Positions 17,735 through 26,457 are shown, counted from the first letter of the stretch. The stretch is DNA of 32,000 nt from Cardiobacterium valvarum (GCF_900460955.1 NZ_UFUW01000001.1:1144738-1176737), one strand, 5' to 3'. A program made the numbers and translations. The notes: a model not told the origin generated them from the letters alone.

Positions 17735-19410
17735 GCGATCCCCGCTTTACCTGCCGCGATGGCGGTTTGTGGTTCGATAGTGGCAACGGCGAGCCGCAAC
17801 GCATCAGCGATGCCTTCGAGGTGGTCGGCGATGCCTACGACGACAACGGCGAACCGCACTACATCCTCAAGCACAACGGTCAGCACTTCGCCTTACCCTG
17901 GGCGGAAGTGGGTGAACGCAACGGCTGGCGCATCATGCGCCGCCACATCCGCCGCATTCCGACTTCCCGCCGCCAGCAGGAACGCCTGGCCGACTACCTG
18001 CAAGCCCAACCTCTGCCGCAACGCTGGACACTGACCGATACCGCCGGTTGACACGGACACGGCTACATCCTGCCCAACGGCGACACCCTCGGCAGCGCGA
18101 ACAATATTCTCTTCCAGCAACCCGCACCGCGTCATGGTCATGACGCCTTCACCCCGCGCGGCACTCTTGCCGAATGGCGCGACAGCATCGGCCGTTACGC
18201 CGCCGGTAACAGCCGCATGTGCCTGATGCTGGGCGCCGCCTTTGCCGCCCCGCTGCTGCAACGTTTCGGACTGGAAGGCGGCATCCTGCACCTCTACGGC
18301 CCGTCATCGAGTGGCAAAAGCACCCTGCAACGCGTGGCGCTATCGGTGTGGGGACACGGCCGCGACGCCGGCCATAGCTGGAACGCCACCGGTTACGCCC
18401 TGACCAACGCCGCCGCCGCGCGCAACGACGGCCTGCTCTCCCTCAACGAAATCGGCGAAGACAGCAAACAGGCCGTAGAAACCTGCGCCTACGCCATTGC
18501 CAACGGACGCGCCCGTCTGCAAGGGGCGAAAGAAGGCGGCAATCGCCCGGAATTACGCTTCCGCGTCCTCGCGATCTCCAGCGGCGAAACCAGCCTGCAA
18601 GCCCACTTCGGCAAACAGGGACGGCAAATGATGGCCGGGCAGATGGTGCGTTGCCCGTCCATCCCGCACCGGTTGGAGGACAAACACGGCTTCCCCGACT
18701 TCCGTGCTTTCACTGACCACCTCAACTATACCGCTATAACCACCTATGGCAGCGCAGGGCGGCTTTTTATCCAAATCCTGATGAAGGACATCACCCAGGC
18801 GGAAAAACGGCTGAAAACACTGTACACAGCGTTCTTGGGAGAGGCACACGACTGCCACCCCATGACCGCGCAACAGGGACGTAGCGCGCGTATCTTCGCC
18901 CTCTGCGCCGCCGCGTTGATGCAGGCGAGTGACTGGGGCATCAGCGGCATCAGCGCAGAAGCCGCGCGCGAAGGCGTCATGCAAGCTTTCGCCGACTGGT
19001 ACGCCTTGCAACCCCGGGGCAGCTACGAAGAAGCACGGATACGCGAAGCGGCAGAACGCTTTCCCCTGTTGCTGCCGCGTTTCGTGCGCTTGAGCGAGGG
19101 GCAAATGTTCTATCCCAACGACTGGGCGGGTTACGTCTGGGACGAGGCAAACGGCGCACTGTACGATGTACTGCCCGCCGTCTTCGTCGCCCACTTCTGC
19201 GACGGCGACAAAGAACGCATCGCCGATGCCTGTGACATCCTCGGCGGCAAAATGGGCTGGCTGGCGCGCCCTGCAGGCAGCCGCCATGGCGACCGCCGCT
19301 GGCAGCACCGCCGCAAGGTCAGGGGCAATTTATTGCGCGTTTACCGCTTCAAAGGTGCCCAGCTGCCTGTAGCAGGCGAAGAAGAGGCGGAGGAAGGGAA
19401 AGACACCTGA
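17731..19410 (+). pseudogene. DUF927-type P-loop helicase-like replication protein of integrative elements, interrupted by one in-frame TGA (18049-18051)
   Basis: ORFs 17704..18051 and 18217..19410 are in the same frame. My translation of 18052-18216 has no other stop. The joined product reads ...RWTLTDTAG*HGHGYILPNGDTLG...GILHLYGPSSSGKSTLQRVALSVWGH..., with a Walker A motif and DUF927-like architecture. Confidence 0.8.
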
Positions 19411-19428
19411 TCCGTCCACAAATGCGAC

Positions 19429-19458
19429 AAGCCGCCTACGGGCGGTTTATTTGTGTTT
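19429..19458 (+). terminator. Rho-independent terminator after the DUF927 gene (overlaps the right 15-bp repeat)
   Basis: GCCGCC-tacg-GGCGG followed by TTTATTTGTGTTT. Confidence 0.5.
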
Positions 19459-19459
19459 G
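19445..19459 (+). repeat. Right copy of the 15-bp direct repeat GTTTATTTGTGTTTG (candidate att core)
   Basis: Exact match to 15018-15032, located 35 nt after the DUF927 stop codon. Confidence 0.4.
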
Positions 19460-19635
19460 GGCGGTACAGCGGCGGCGGTGGAATGATGCTGCCTAGCGGG
19501 TACATGGGAATCGCCGGGATGCCCCGAAATCCGCCCGGGAAGGCAGGTGAACATGGATAAAATATGGGCAATCTGTAACGGCAAGAAATCAGAAAGGATC
19601 GCATCACGCACTCGCACGCCTGATGCGAGAACGGC

Positions 19636-19830
19636 AAAAACAGCGGGAACCCCATTGATTTTATTACCAGCACAACGGGAACCATAACGGGAATCTAACG
19701 GGAACCCGATGGGAATTTTGATATAGATCAAGCAGATGGCACCTAGCCGGTTCCCGCCGGGTTCCCAGCAACGTTCCCGCCCTATTTCTTTAAAAAACAA
19801 TGTGGTTCCCGTGGTTCCCGCTGTTTTTCG
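19636..19830. repeat. Dyad-symmetric array of ten GGGAAY / RTTCCC hexamers (iteron-like)
   Basis: Forward GGGAAC/T copies are at 19645, 19677, 19689, 19700 and 19711. Reverse GTTCCC copies are at 19750, 19761, 19773, 19805 and 19814. The outer arms AAAAACAGCGGGAACC and GGTTCCCGCTGTTTTT are inverted copies. An AT-rich centre contains GATC. Confidence 0.6.
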
Positions 19831-20255
19831 ATTTTTGCCCACTTTTACATCACACCCTGCTTTTCCCCACAAGATGAACCGTAATGTTTACCGCTTGGGC
19901 TGTTAATGTTTCTCCTCTGCCACGCTCACCCACGTCAGCGTGTCATCCACCCCGCTTCCCCAATTTGACGGAACAAAGCCGATAGCGTAGTTTGTTTAAT
20001 GCTTCCAGTACCGCCTGGGCCGAGGAACCCCCGCATCGGATGATGTGGAAGGTCCGGTAGAACCCAGAGCGGCACTGGGGCTTTCTCTTTCTATCAAGCT
20101 CCCCTCCCCTCTTTCTCTACCTATTGTTCTTTGGTATTGGACGATCTCTGAACTCAAGGAAAATTCCCTCGGGTTTCCCGTCATAAAGCCATTGACAAAT
20201 TCATTGCGCATCCTTTGTCAGGACATCGCCTATTTTTTAGGGGCGTTCAAAAAGG

Positions 20256-20264
20256 TGGTATAAT
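20256..20264 (+). promoter_or_regulatory. Extended -10 promoter element (TGgTATAAT) upstream of cdiB
   Basis: An exact TGnTATAAT lies 50 nt upstream of the cdiB ATG (20314). No convincing -35 is present, which is compatible with an extended -10 promoter. Confidence 0.4.
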
Positions 20265-20313
20265 ACGATTTATACAATCAAACTACGGATGGACCATCAT
20301 CCAAGGAAGGCCT

Positions 20314-22056
20314 ATGCGCTACCTCCCCTGTTTCTTGCTGCTGGGAGCTATTTCTACCACGGCACAACAAACCGCTCCCGTTGACCCCGACTTGATCTAC
20401 CGCCGTGCCGAGGCACGACAGCAGCGCCTCAACCAAAGCGTGACACCGCAAGATTTTTCCACTCTTGACTTCTCTGCCCCCGCTGCTGACGAAACGCCGC
20501 TATCGCAAGAAGCACGCGAAGCCTGCACCAGCTATAAGAACCTCACGCTGCAAGCGCCCAGTCGTGCTTTTTACCGCTATTTGGAACGGGCTGTGGACAC
20601 CCAGCATCTGCAAGCGAGAGGATCAAACACTTACGGCAAAGCACAAGGCTGCATCCGCGCCGGGGAAGTGATGGATATCATCAAAGCGGCGCAAAACCAG
20701 TTGATTGCCGATGGTTGGGTGACAACACGCGTTGTCTTGCAGACACAAGGCGCACAGCAGGACACCCTGCAACTTGCCGTACTACCAGGGAAAATAGCGG
20801 CCATCCGCGAGGAGAAAAACGGCGTACAGCGGACACCAAAAACCTTTACACACCTGCGCGGACGAGTGCTCAACCTACGTGAACTAGAGCAAGCGCTAGA
20901 TAACGTGCGCCGTCTCAGCGGTCTGGACGCCAACATTGACATTGCGCCAGCGGCACGCGAAGGTGAGAGCGAGCTGATCGTGCATTGGACGAAGACCGGA
21001 CGCCCCTACCAGTTTAGTTTCCTCATTGATGACAGCGGCAGCAACGCGTTGGGCAAATACCTGGCAACCGCCAGTATTGCGGTGGACAACCCGCTGAACT
21101 TTAGTGACAGTTTTTATGCGAGCTACACCCGTACCCTCAAACCGGGTACACGCTTGCGCGACCGCGAGGGTAAGCGGCACAAAACCTCTACGGATAACTA
21201 CTACCTCAACTACACGATCCCCTACCGTGACTGGCAGCTAGGTCTGAGTGCGAGCCGTTACCACTACGACCAAGTCATCCCCGGCTATGCCCGCGTTTAC
21301 CACTACAAGGGCAACAACCAGAAATTTGCCGCCGACATCAGCAATACCATTTATCGCGATCAGAACAAGAAGACCACGCTTGATGCCGGATTGTGGTGGC
21401 GAGAAAACCGAAACTACATCGGTAGTGCGGAAATTGACGTGCAAAAAAGACGCACGGCTGGCTGGCAGCTGGGCATACGGCAGAGCATCCTCTTCCCACA
21501 AGCCGTCTTTCAGGGCGCTATCCATTACAAAAAAGGAACGCGGATGCTTGGTGCCGACCCTGTACCGGAGGAAGGCTTTAACGAAGGCAACGCCAAAGCG
21601 GGCATCTGGACGCTGGATTCGGGCTGGCATGTTCAGCTGGATAAAAACCGCAACTGGAGCTGGCAGAACGACCTGCACCTGCAATACAGCGACAGGCGCC
21701 TCATCTCCCTAGATCTGTTGACCTTGGGTGGGCGCAACAGCGTACGCGGCTTCAGCGAGAACAACAGCCTTTCCGGCGACAGCGGCTGGTACTGGCGCAA
21801 CACCCTGAATTGGGCCTACCAACCGAATCACCAGCTCTACCTAGGGGCGGACATGGGCCAGGTATGGGGCAAAAACACCGCCTGGCTACGGGACAAATTC
21901 ATCGCCGGTACGGTACTGGGCGTACGCGGCGCGGTGAATTACCACGGGAGCTGGCAATACGACGCCTTTATCGGCACCCCGATTCTCAAATCACGAGACT
22001 GGAAAAAAACCGACCGCTTCGTGCTTGGCTTCAGCGCCGGCTACCACTGGCAATGA
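20314..22056 (+). CDS. cdiB: Two-partner-secretion outer-membrane transporter (ShlB/FhaC/HecB family; CdiB)
   Basis: The ATG at 20314 is preceded by AAGGAAGG and begins a signal peptide, MRYLPCFLLLGAISTTAQQ. A POTRA-like segment (LQLAVLPGKIAAIREEKNG) is present, along with beta-barrel motifs including GGRNSVRGFSEN (the conserved VRGY/F loop-6 motif) and a C-terminal aromatic residue. The gene lies directly upstream of a TpsA/CdiA gene. Confidence 0.9.
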   Translation: MRYLPCFLLLGAISTTAQQTAPVDPDLIYRRAEARQQRLNQSVTPQDFSTLDFSAPAADETPLSQEAREACTSYKNLTLQAPSRAFYRYLERAVDTQHLQARGSNTYGKAQGCIRAGEVMDIIKAAQNQLIADGWVTTRVVLQTQGAQQDTLQLAVLPGKIAAIREEKNGVQRTPKTFTHLRGRVLNLRELEQALDNVRRLSGLDANIDIAPAAREGESELIVHWTKTGRPYQFSFLIDDSGSNALGKYLATASIAVDNPLNFSDSFYASYTRTLKPGTRLRDREGKRHKTSTDNYYLNYTIPYRDWQLGLSASRYHYDQVIPGYARVYHYKGNNQKFAADISNTIYRDQNKKTTLDAGLWWRENRNYIGSAEIDVQKRRTAGWQLGIRQSILFPQAVFQGAIHYKKGTRMLGADPVPEEGFNEGNAKAGIWTLDSGWHVQLDKNRNWSWQNDLHLQYSDRRLISLDLLTLGGRNSVRGFSENNSLSGDSGWYWRNTLNWAYQPNHQLYLGADMGQVWGKNTAWLRDKFIAGTVLGVRGAVNYHGSWQYDAFIGTPILKSRDWKKTDRFVLGFSAGYHWQ

Positions 22057-22158
22057 CGAAGCCTGAATAACCGCCGTCAAGCGGGAAAACCGCTGAATTT
22101 GCCATCAAGTACAACAACCACGGGCCTTGCCCGCACCACCTGAATACAGAGGACAACC

Positions 22159-25100
22159 ATGAACAAAGGAATTTACAAAACCATCTACAGTGCAGCCCTG
22201 CAACAAATTATTGTTACCTGGGAATACGCACGCGGTAAGGGCAAAAGCCATGGCGGATATAGCAGACGGACGCCAGGAATCCGCATCCGTCTGCTGCCGG
22301 CCTGCATTGCCCTGGCCTGTGGCCTCAGCCCACAACTACTCTGGGCAGAAAGCGTAATTAGCGAAGATGATCGCGCCCCTGCCCACGAACGTCCGGTCAT
22401 CCTGAAAACGGCGAACGGCCTGCCACAAATCGACATCCAGACTCCGGACGCCTCCGGCATCTCGATGAACCGCTACAGTCAATTTGACATAGACGCGGCA
22501 GGCGCCGTAATGAATAACGCGCGCAAAGACAGTGCGACCCTGAGTGGTGGTGTGGTGGCGGGCAACCCGCATCTGGCCAAGGGCGAAGCGGCGCTTATCG
22601 TCAACCAGGTACGCAGCCAAAACCCTTCCCACTTGCAGGGCATGGTGGAAATTGCCGGACAAAAAGCCGACGTCATCGTGGCGAATCCGGCGGGGCTGAT
22701 GGTGAACGGAGGATTTATCAACGCCGGCAAAGTGCAATACACCGCCGGACAAGTCGCTATCGAACAGGGCAGGCCGGTGCAACACAGTGCACCGAATGGC
22801 CTGATCGAAATCACCCCCGGTGGACTGAACGCGCAGCAACACGACTACACCACCCTGCTAGCACGGCAAATCAAGCTAAACGGAGAAATCCAGGCAGGTG
22901 CCGGGCAAGTGGATCTCATCACCGGCAACAACAGCCTGGGAGCCGACGGCAGCATCACCCCTAAAAATACGGACGAACAATATGCAGCGCCGCGCTTCGC
23001 CGTGGACAGCAGTGCACTTGGAGGCATGTACGCAGGCCGCATCCGCCTCATCGGCACAGAACAGGGCGTCGGCGTGCATCATGCCGGCACCCTCCAGGCA
23101 GAGAGTCTGAATATCCAGCTGCCTGGCACCTTGGAAAACAGCGGCAACATCAGAGCCAATGCCCTCGACATCCAGCTGGAAAACCTGCAAAACAGCGGCG
23201 AACTGTGGCACAACAGCAACAACACCCTCTACCTGCGCAGTAACGCATTCAGCAACCGCGACAAGGCTACCTTGCAGGCGCGTACAGCCGGACAAGAGCA
23301 AGCAGAAAAGAACACCCCGGAAACCCAAAACAACGCCGACAGCAAAAACAGCAACGCCATTGGCCGCATCACCGCCAGCGGCAAGATAGACAACCGGGGC
23401 AACATCAGTAGTGGCGGCAATATCGACCTCAATACTCGTGACTACCAAAACAGCGGCACCGTCACCATCAGCCAAATCACCCTGCGCGACGGCAATTTCG
23501 ACAACCGCGGCGGCACAAGCCACTTTGAAAATGCCGACATTCGGGCGAGCAGCCTCGACAACCGCAGCGGTACCCTCAACTTCGAACGCGCAAAACCCAT
23601 CATCATTCAGGGTCAGCTGGATAACCACCGGGGCGGCATCAACAGCATCGCGCCGCTTGACATCAGCGCCGGGCAAATCAGCAACACCGGAGGGGGTAAC
23701 ATCAGTAGCGCGACCACCCTCAGTCTCTACGCCCGTCGTGACATTGCCAACGACGGCAGCATTAGCGCTGGCAGCAGCGCCAACCTGAAAGCAGGACAAA
23801 ATATTACAAACAGCGGCTTGATCAGCGCAGGCGAAGCCCTGGCTCTTGACGCCGGCAATAACATTGAAAACAGCGGCTCCCTCTATGCGGGCAGCACCCT
23901 CGATCTCAACGCGGGTAACACCATTGACAATAGCGGCAACATCTCCGGCGAGCTACTTAATATCAGCGCTGACAGCCTGGAAAATCGCGAGAGCGGCACC
24001 ATCACCCAGCGCGGCCCCTACTCGCTCAACATCCATACCGCCGACTACGACACTGCGACCAGCCCGTACAACAGCATCCGCACCCGAAAACCGGGGACAA
24101 GCGCAGGCAGCGCGGCGGGCACGAGCGGGGGCGAATCCGCCGGCCCCGAAGGCAGCCTGAAAATCCGCTCCGGCTTCAACAACCGGGGCGTCTTTGAAAT
24201 CAATCACTTGCTCTCGGTCACGGCAAGCAAGAGCTTCACCAATCACCAGGACAGCGAATTTGCCCGCCTCACCCTGACTCAGGGCGCAAACCTCGACAAC
24301 AGCCACGGCACCCTGCGCAGCCAAAGCATGCGTTTTGATGCAGGCGACATCAACAACCAGCACGGCAGCCTGCAAACCAACACCCTGCACCTGAAAAGCC
24401 AGAATCTGGACAACCGTTTCGGGCGCATAGAAGTCGCGGATAAAGCCGAATTCAACATCAGCAAACGGTGGGACAACAGTCACGGTCAGGTGAAAGCCGG
24501 CACCCTGCGTATTGACAGCATAAAAACCAGTAACGACGGCGGCAGCATCAGTGCCCAGAACAACCTGCACCTCTACAACCGGGGACACTGGGACAACGGA
24601 AGCGGCCAGCTGCTGGCCGGCGGTGACATGACCCTAAATGACGGTACCTTGGATAACCGGGGCCGCATCCAGGCGGGCGGCGAACTGAAATACCAGAATT
24701 TCACCCAGCTGAACCAGCAAGGCGAACTGTACAGCAACAACATCGCCCTGCATGGCAAGACACTGAGCAACAGCGGCACCACCGCCAGTGCGCAGCACAT
24801 CACCATCCACAGCGATACCACTGAAAACAGCGGCAAGCTCAGCGCGGCAGAGACGCTCACCGTCAACAGCCAAAACGTCAACAACCGGGGAGAACTCCAG
24901 GCGGGCGGTGACATCGGATTACAAGCACAAAACACGACGAACAGCGGCCGCATCATTAGCAACCAGAACAGCCGCATCAGCGGCGAAAAACTCGACAACA
25001 GCGGCCTTATCCACGCCCAACAACAACTCTACCTGCGCAACCGCCACCTCAAAAACAGCGGCACGGTAACCGCCTCAGACGAAACTACCATTGATGCCGC

Positions 25101-26457
25101 CGAGCTGGATAACAATGGCAAACTGGCCGGCAAAACCCGTATCACCGTAAACACGCCGCAGTTTGCGAACAAAGGCGGCAACATCGGCAGCGACAAGGAA
25201 GTCATCATCAATACCCCTGAGCTTAATAACAGTCAGGGACAAATCGCCAGCCGGGGCCGCCTCACCCTGAATGTCGCCGGCAACATTAACAACAGCGGCG
25301 GCGTGCTGGCTACCGAAGAAGACTGGCACATCAAAACCCCGCAACTCAATAACAACGGCGGCAACATCCACAGCGGCAAAAAGCTGCACATAGAAACCCC
25401 GAAGCTCGATAACACGGGCGGCAGCATTGACGGCAGCGAATACCACCTGCAAAGCAGCGACATCAACAACCAGGGCGGACACCTCATCGGGCGCAACAAA
25501 CTGCACATAGAGACCGACGGCGAACAACTGAATAACCGGGGCGGACAAATCGTCAGCCAGGACGAACTGCGCATTGATGGCAAAAAAACCACCATTGACA
25601 GCAGCGGCGGCCACATCGTCGGCAACAACCTGAACGTTGACGTCGATAGCGTCAAAGGCGGCAAAGTGAAAAGCTGGGCCGACCTGCAAATGCGCGCGCG
25701 CCGTATTGATGACCTGGAAGAAGTGCGCACCGGCGGCAACATGGACATCCAGACCAAAGAACGCTACACCTTCAATGCGCCGCACTACAGCGGCGGCTGG
25801 GCGAAGATTGGTGCCAAGGAGGGCGTAACTTTCACACCCGATGCCAAATTCGAATTCAAAGAAAACGCCGAAATCACCAGCGATGGCTTCATCAACAACG
25901 AAGGCCAGATTGCCGCCTACGGTACCCTGCTGCTCAAAGCCGGCACCACCATCGAAAACAGACACAGGGCAAAAATCCAGGGCGGACACGTTGCGATGGA
26001 GGCGCAAAGCCTGAAAAACTTCGATGGTGCCACCATCGCTGCCGCCGATCGCATTGACCTGGCTGCCGGTGAAATCATCAACGAACACGGCGCGAAAATC
26101 GAAAGCGTGGGCGGCCTCCATGTTGGCCGCACCCTCGATGGCAATCACCAGGCAACCGGACAGGCAGATCTTCTGCGCAATGACAACAATGGCGAAATCA
26201 ATGCGGATGGCGATGCTACTTTCAATGCGGCCCGCATCGAAAACATCGACAGCCGGAAATTTATCGGTAACGATATTTACGAGTTGAAAGAAGTCACCTT
26301 CTATTCGGACCGAAGTAGGAAGAACGAGTGGATCCCGGAAGAATATCGAAGCCAGACCCCTCATGGACACCACACCAAATATCATTACATATTAGAAAAA
26401 GTGTCGGTGTGGTACGCAACGTTGCACCCGGCAAGATCAGTGTGGGCGGCAACCTAA
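22159..26457 (+). CDS. cdiA: CdiA / FhaB-family TpsA exoprotein, N-terminal 1,432 codons (frame 1; interrupted by a frameshift)
   Basis: The N-terminus MNKGIYKTIYSAALQQIIVTWEYARGK is like an extended signal peptide. The TPS/haemagglutination-activity domain is present (ISMNRYSQFDIDAAGAVMNN, VAGNPHLAKGEAALIVNQV, ADVIVANPAGLMVNGG). It is followed by about 1,100 aa of degenerate FHA-type repeats (NxGxLxAxxxLxLxxxxLxN). Confidence 0.9.
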   Translation: MNKGIYKTIYSAALQQIIVTWEYARGKGKSHGGYSRRTPGIRIRLLPACIALACGLSPQLLWAESVISEDDRAPAHERPVILKTANGLPQIDIQTPDASGISMNRYSQFDIDAAGAVMNNARKDSATLSGGVVAGNPHLAKGEAALIVNQVRSQNPSHLQGMVEIAGQKADVIVANPAGLMVNGGFINAGKVQYTAGQVAIEQGRPVQHSAPNGLIEITPGGLNAQQHDYTTLLARQIKLNGEIQAGAGQVDLITGNNSLGADGSITPKNTDEQYAAPRFAVDSSALGGMYAGRIRLIGTEQGVGVHHAGTLQAESLNIQLPGTLENSGNIRANALDIQLENLQNSGELWHNSNNTLYLRSNAFSNRDKATLQARTAGQEQAEKNTPETQNNADSKNSNAIGRITASGKIDNRGNISSGGNIDLNTRDYQNSGTVTISQITLRDGNFDNRGGTSHFENADIRASSLDNRSGTLNFERAKPIIIQGQLDNHRGGINSIAPLDISAGQISNTGGGNISSATTLSLYARRDIANDGSISAGSSANLKAGQNITNSGLISAGEALALDAGNNIENSGSLYAGSTLDLNAGNTIDNSGNISGELLNISADSLENRESGTITQRGPYSLNIHTADYDTATSPYNSIRTRKPGTSAGSAAGTSGGESAGPEGSLKIRSGFNNRGVFEINHLLSVTASKSFTNHQDSEFARLTLTQGANLDNSHGTLRSQSMRFDAGDINNQHGSLQTNTLHLKSQNLDNRFGRIEVADKAEFNISKRWDNSHGQVKAGTLRIDSIKTSNDGGSISAQNNLHLYNRGHWDNGSGQLLAGGDMTLNDGTLDNRGRIQAGGELKYQNFTQLNQQGELYSNNIALHGKTLSNSGTTASAQHITIHSDTTENSGKLSAAETLTVNSQNVNNRGELQAGGDIGLQAQNTTNSGRIISNQNSRISGEKLDNSGLIHAQQQLYLRNRHLKNSGTVTASDETTIDAAELDNNGKLAGKTRITVNTPQFANKGGNIGSDKEVIINTPELNNSQGQIASRGRLTLNVAGNINNSGGVLATEEDWHIKTPQLNNNGGNIHSGKKLHIETPKLDNTGGSIDGSEYHLQSSDINNQGGHLIGRNKLHIETDGEQLNNRGGQIVSQDELRIDGKKTTIDSSGGHIVGNNLNVDVDSVKGGKVKSWADLQMRARRIDDLEEVRTGGNMDIQTKERYTFNAPHYSGGWAKIGAKEGVTFTPDAKFEFKENAEITSDGFINNEGQIAAYGTLLLKAGTTIENRHRAKIQGGHVAMEAQSLKNFDGATIAAADRIDLAAGEIINEHGAKIESVGGLHVGRTLDGNHQATGQADLLRNDNNGEINADGDATFNAARIENIDSRKFIGNDIYELKEVTFYSDRSRKNEWIPEEYRSQTPHGHHTKYHYILEKVSVWYATLHPARSVWAAT

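Noticed and set aside
10693-18051. Idea that TGA is read as Trp (alternative genetic code) or selenocysteine, since two TGAs sit at apparent Trp positions
   Set aside because: TGA terminates several intact genes here at sensible C-termini: DUF2167 at 4775-4777, trmA, and the lipoprotein at 6886-6888. The genome is GC-rich, unlike code-4 organisms. The AGCS gene also has multiple frameshifts, so decay is the simpler explanation. I saw no SECIS-like hairpin immediately downstream.
19341-19872. Minus-strand ORFs 19447..19872 (141 aa) and 19341..19685 (114 aa) spanning the region after the DUF927 gene
   Set aside because: They run through the GGGAAY repeat array and a terminator. They have no RBS or recognisable motifs, and their sequence is dictated by the repeats. 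The DNA-level symmetry explains the region better.
24150-24161. Exact match to a Neisseriaceae-type DNA uptake sequence dialect (AGGCAGCCTGAA), plus a near match in reverse at ~13609-13620
   Set aside because: I found only one exact and one near copy in 32 kb. Genuine uptake sequences occur roughly once per kb and often as inverted pairs in terminators. None of the six terminators here contains it. The exact copy is explained by coding (EGSLKI) inside cdiA.
22900-26300. Periodic repetition in cdiA, considered as a possible CRISPR or tandem DNA repeat array
   Set aside because: The periodicity is at the protein level (degenerate ~20-aa FHA repeats) with no conserved DNA repeat/spacer structure. 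No CRISPR-like array exists anywhere in the window.
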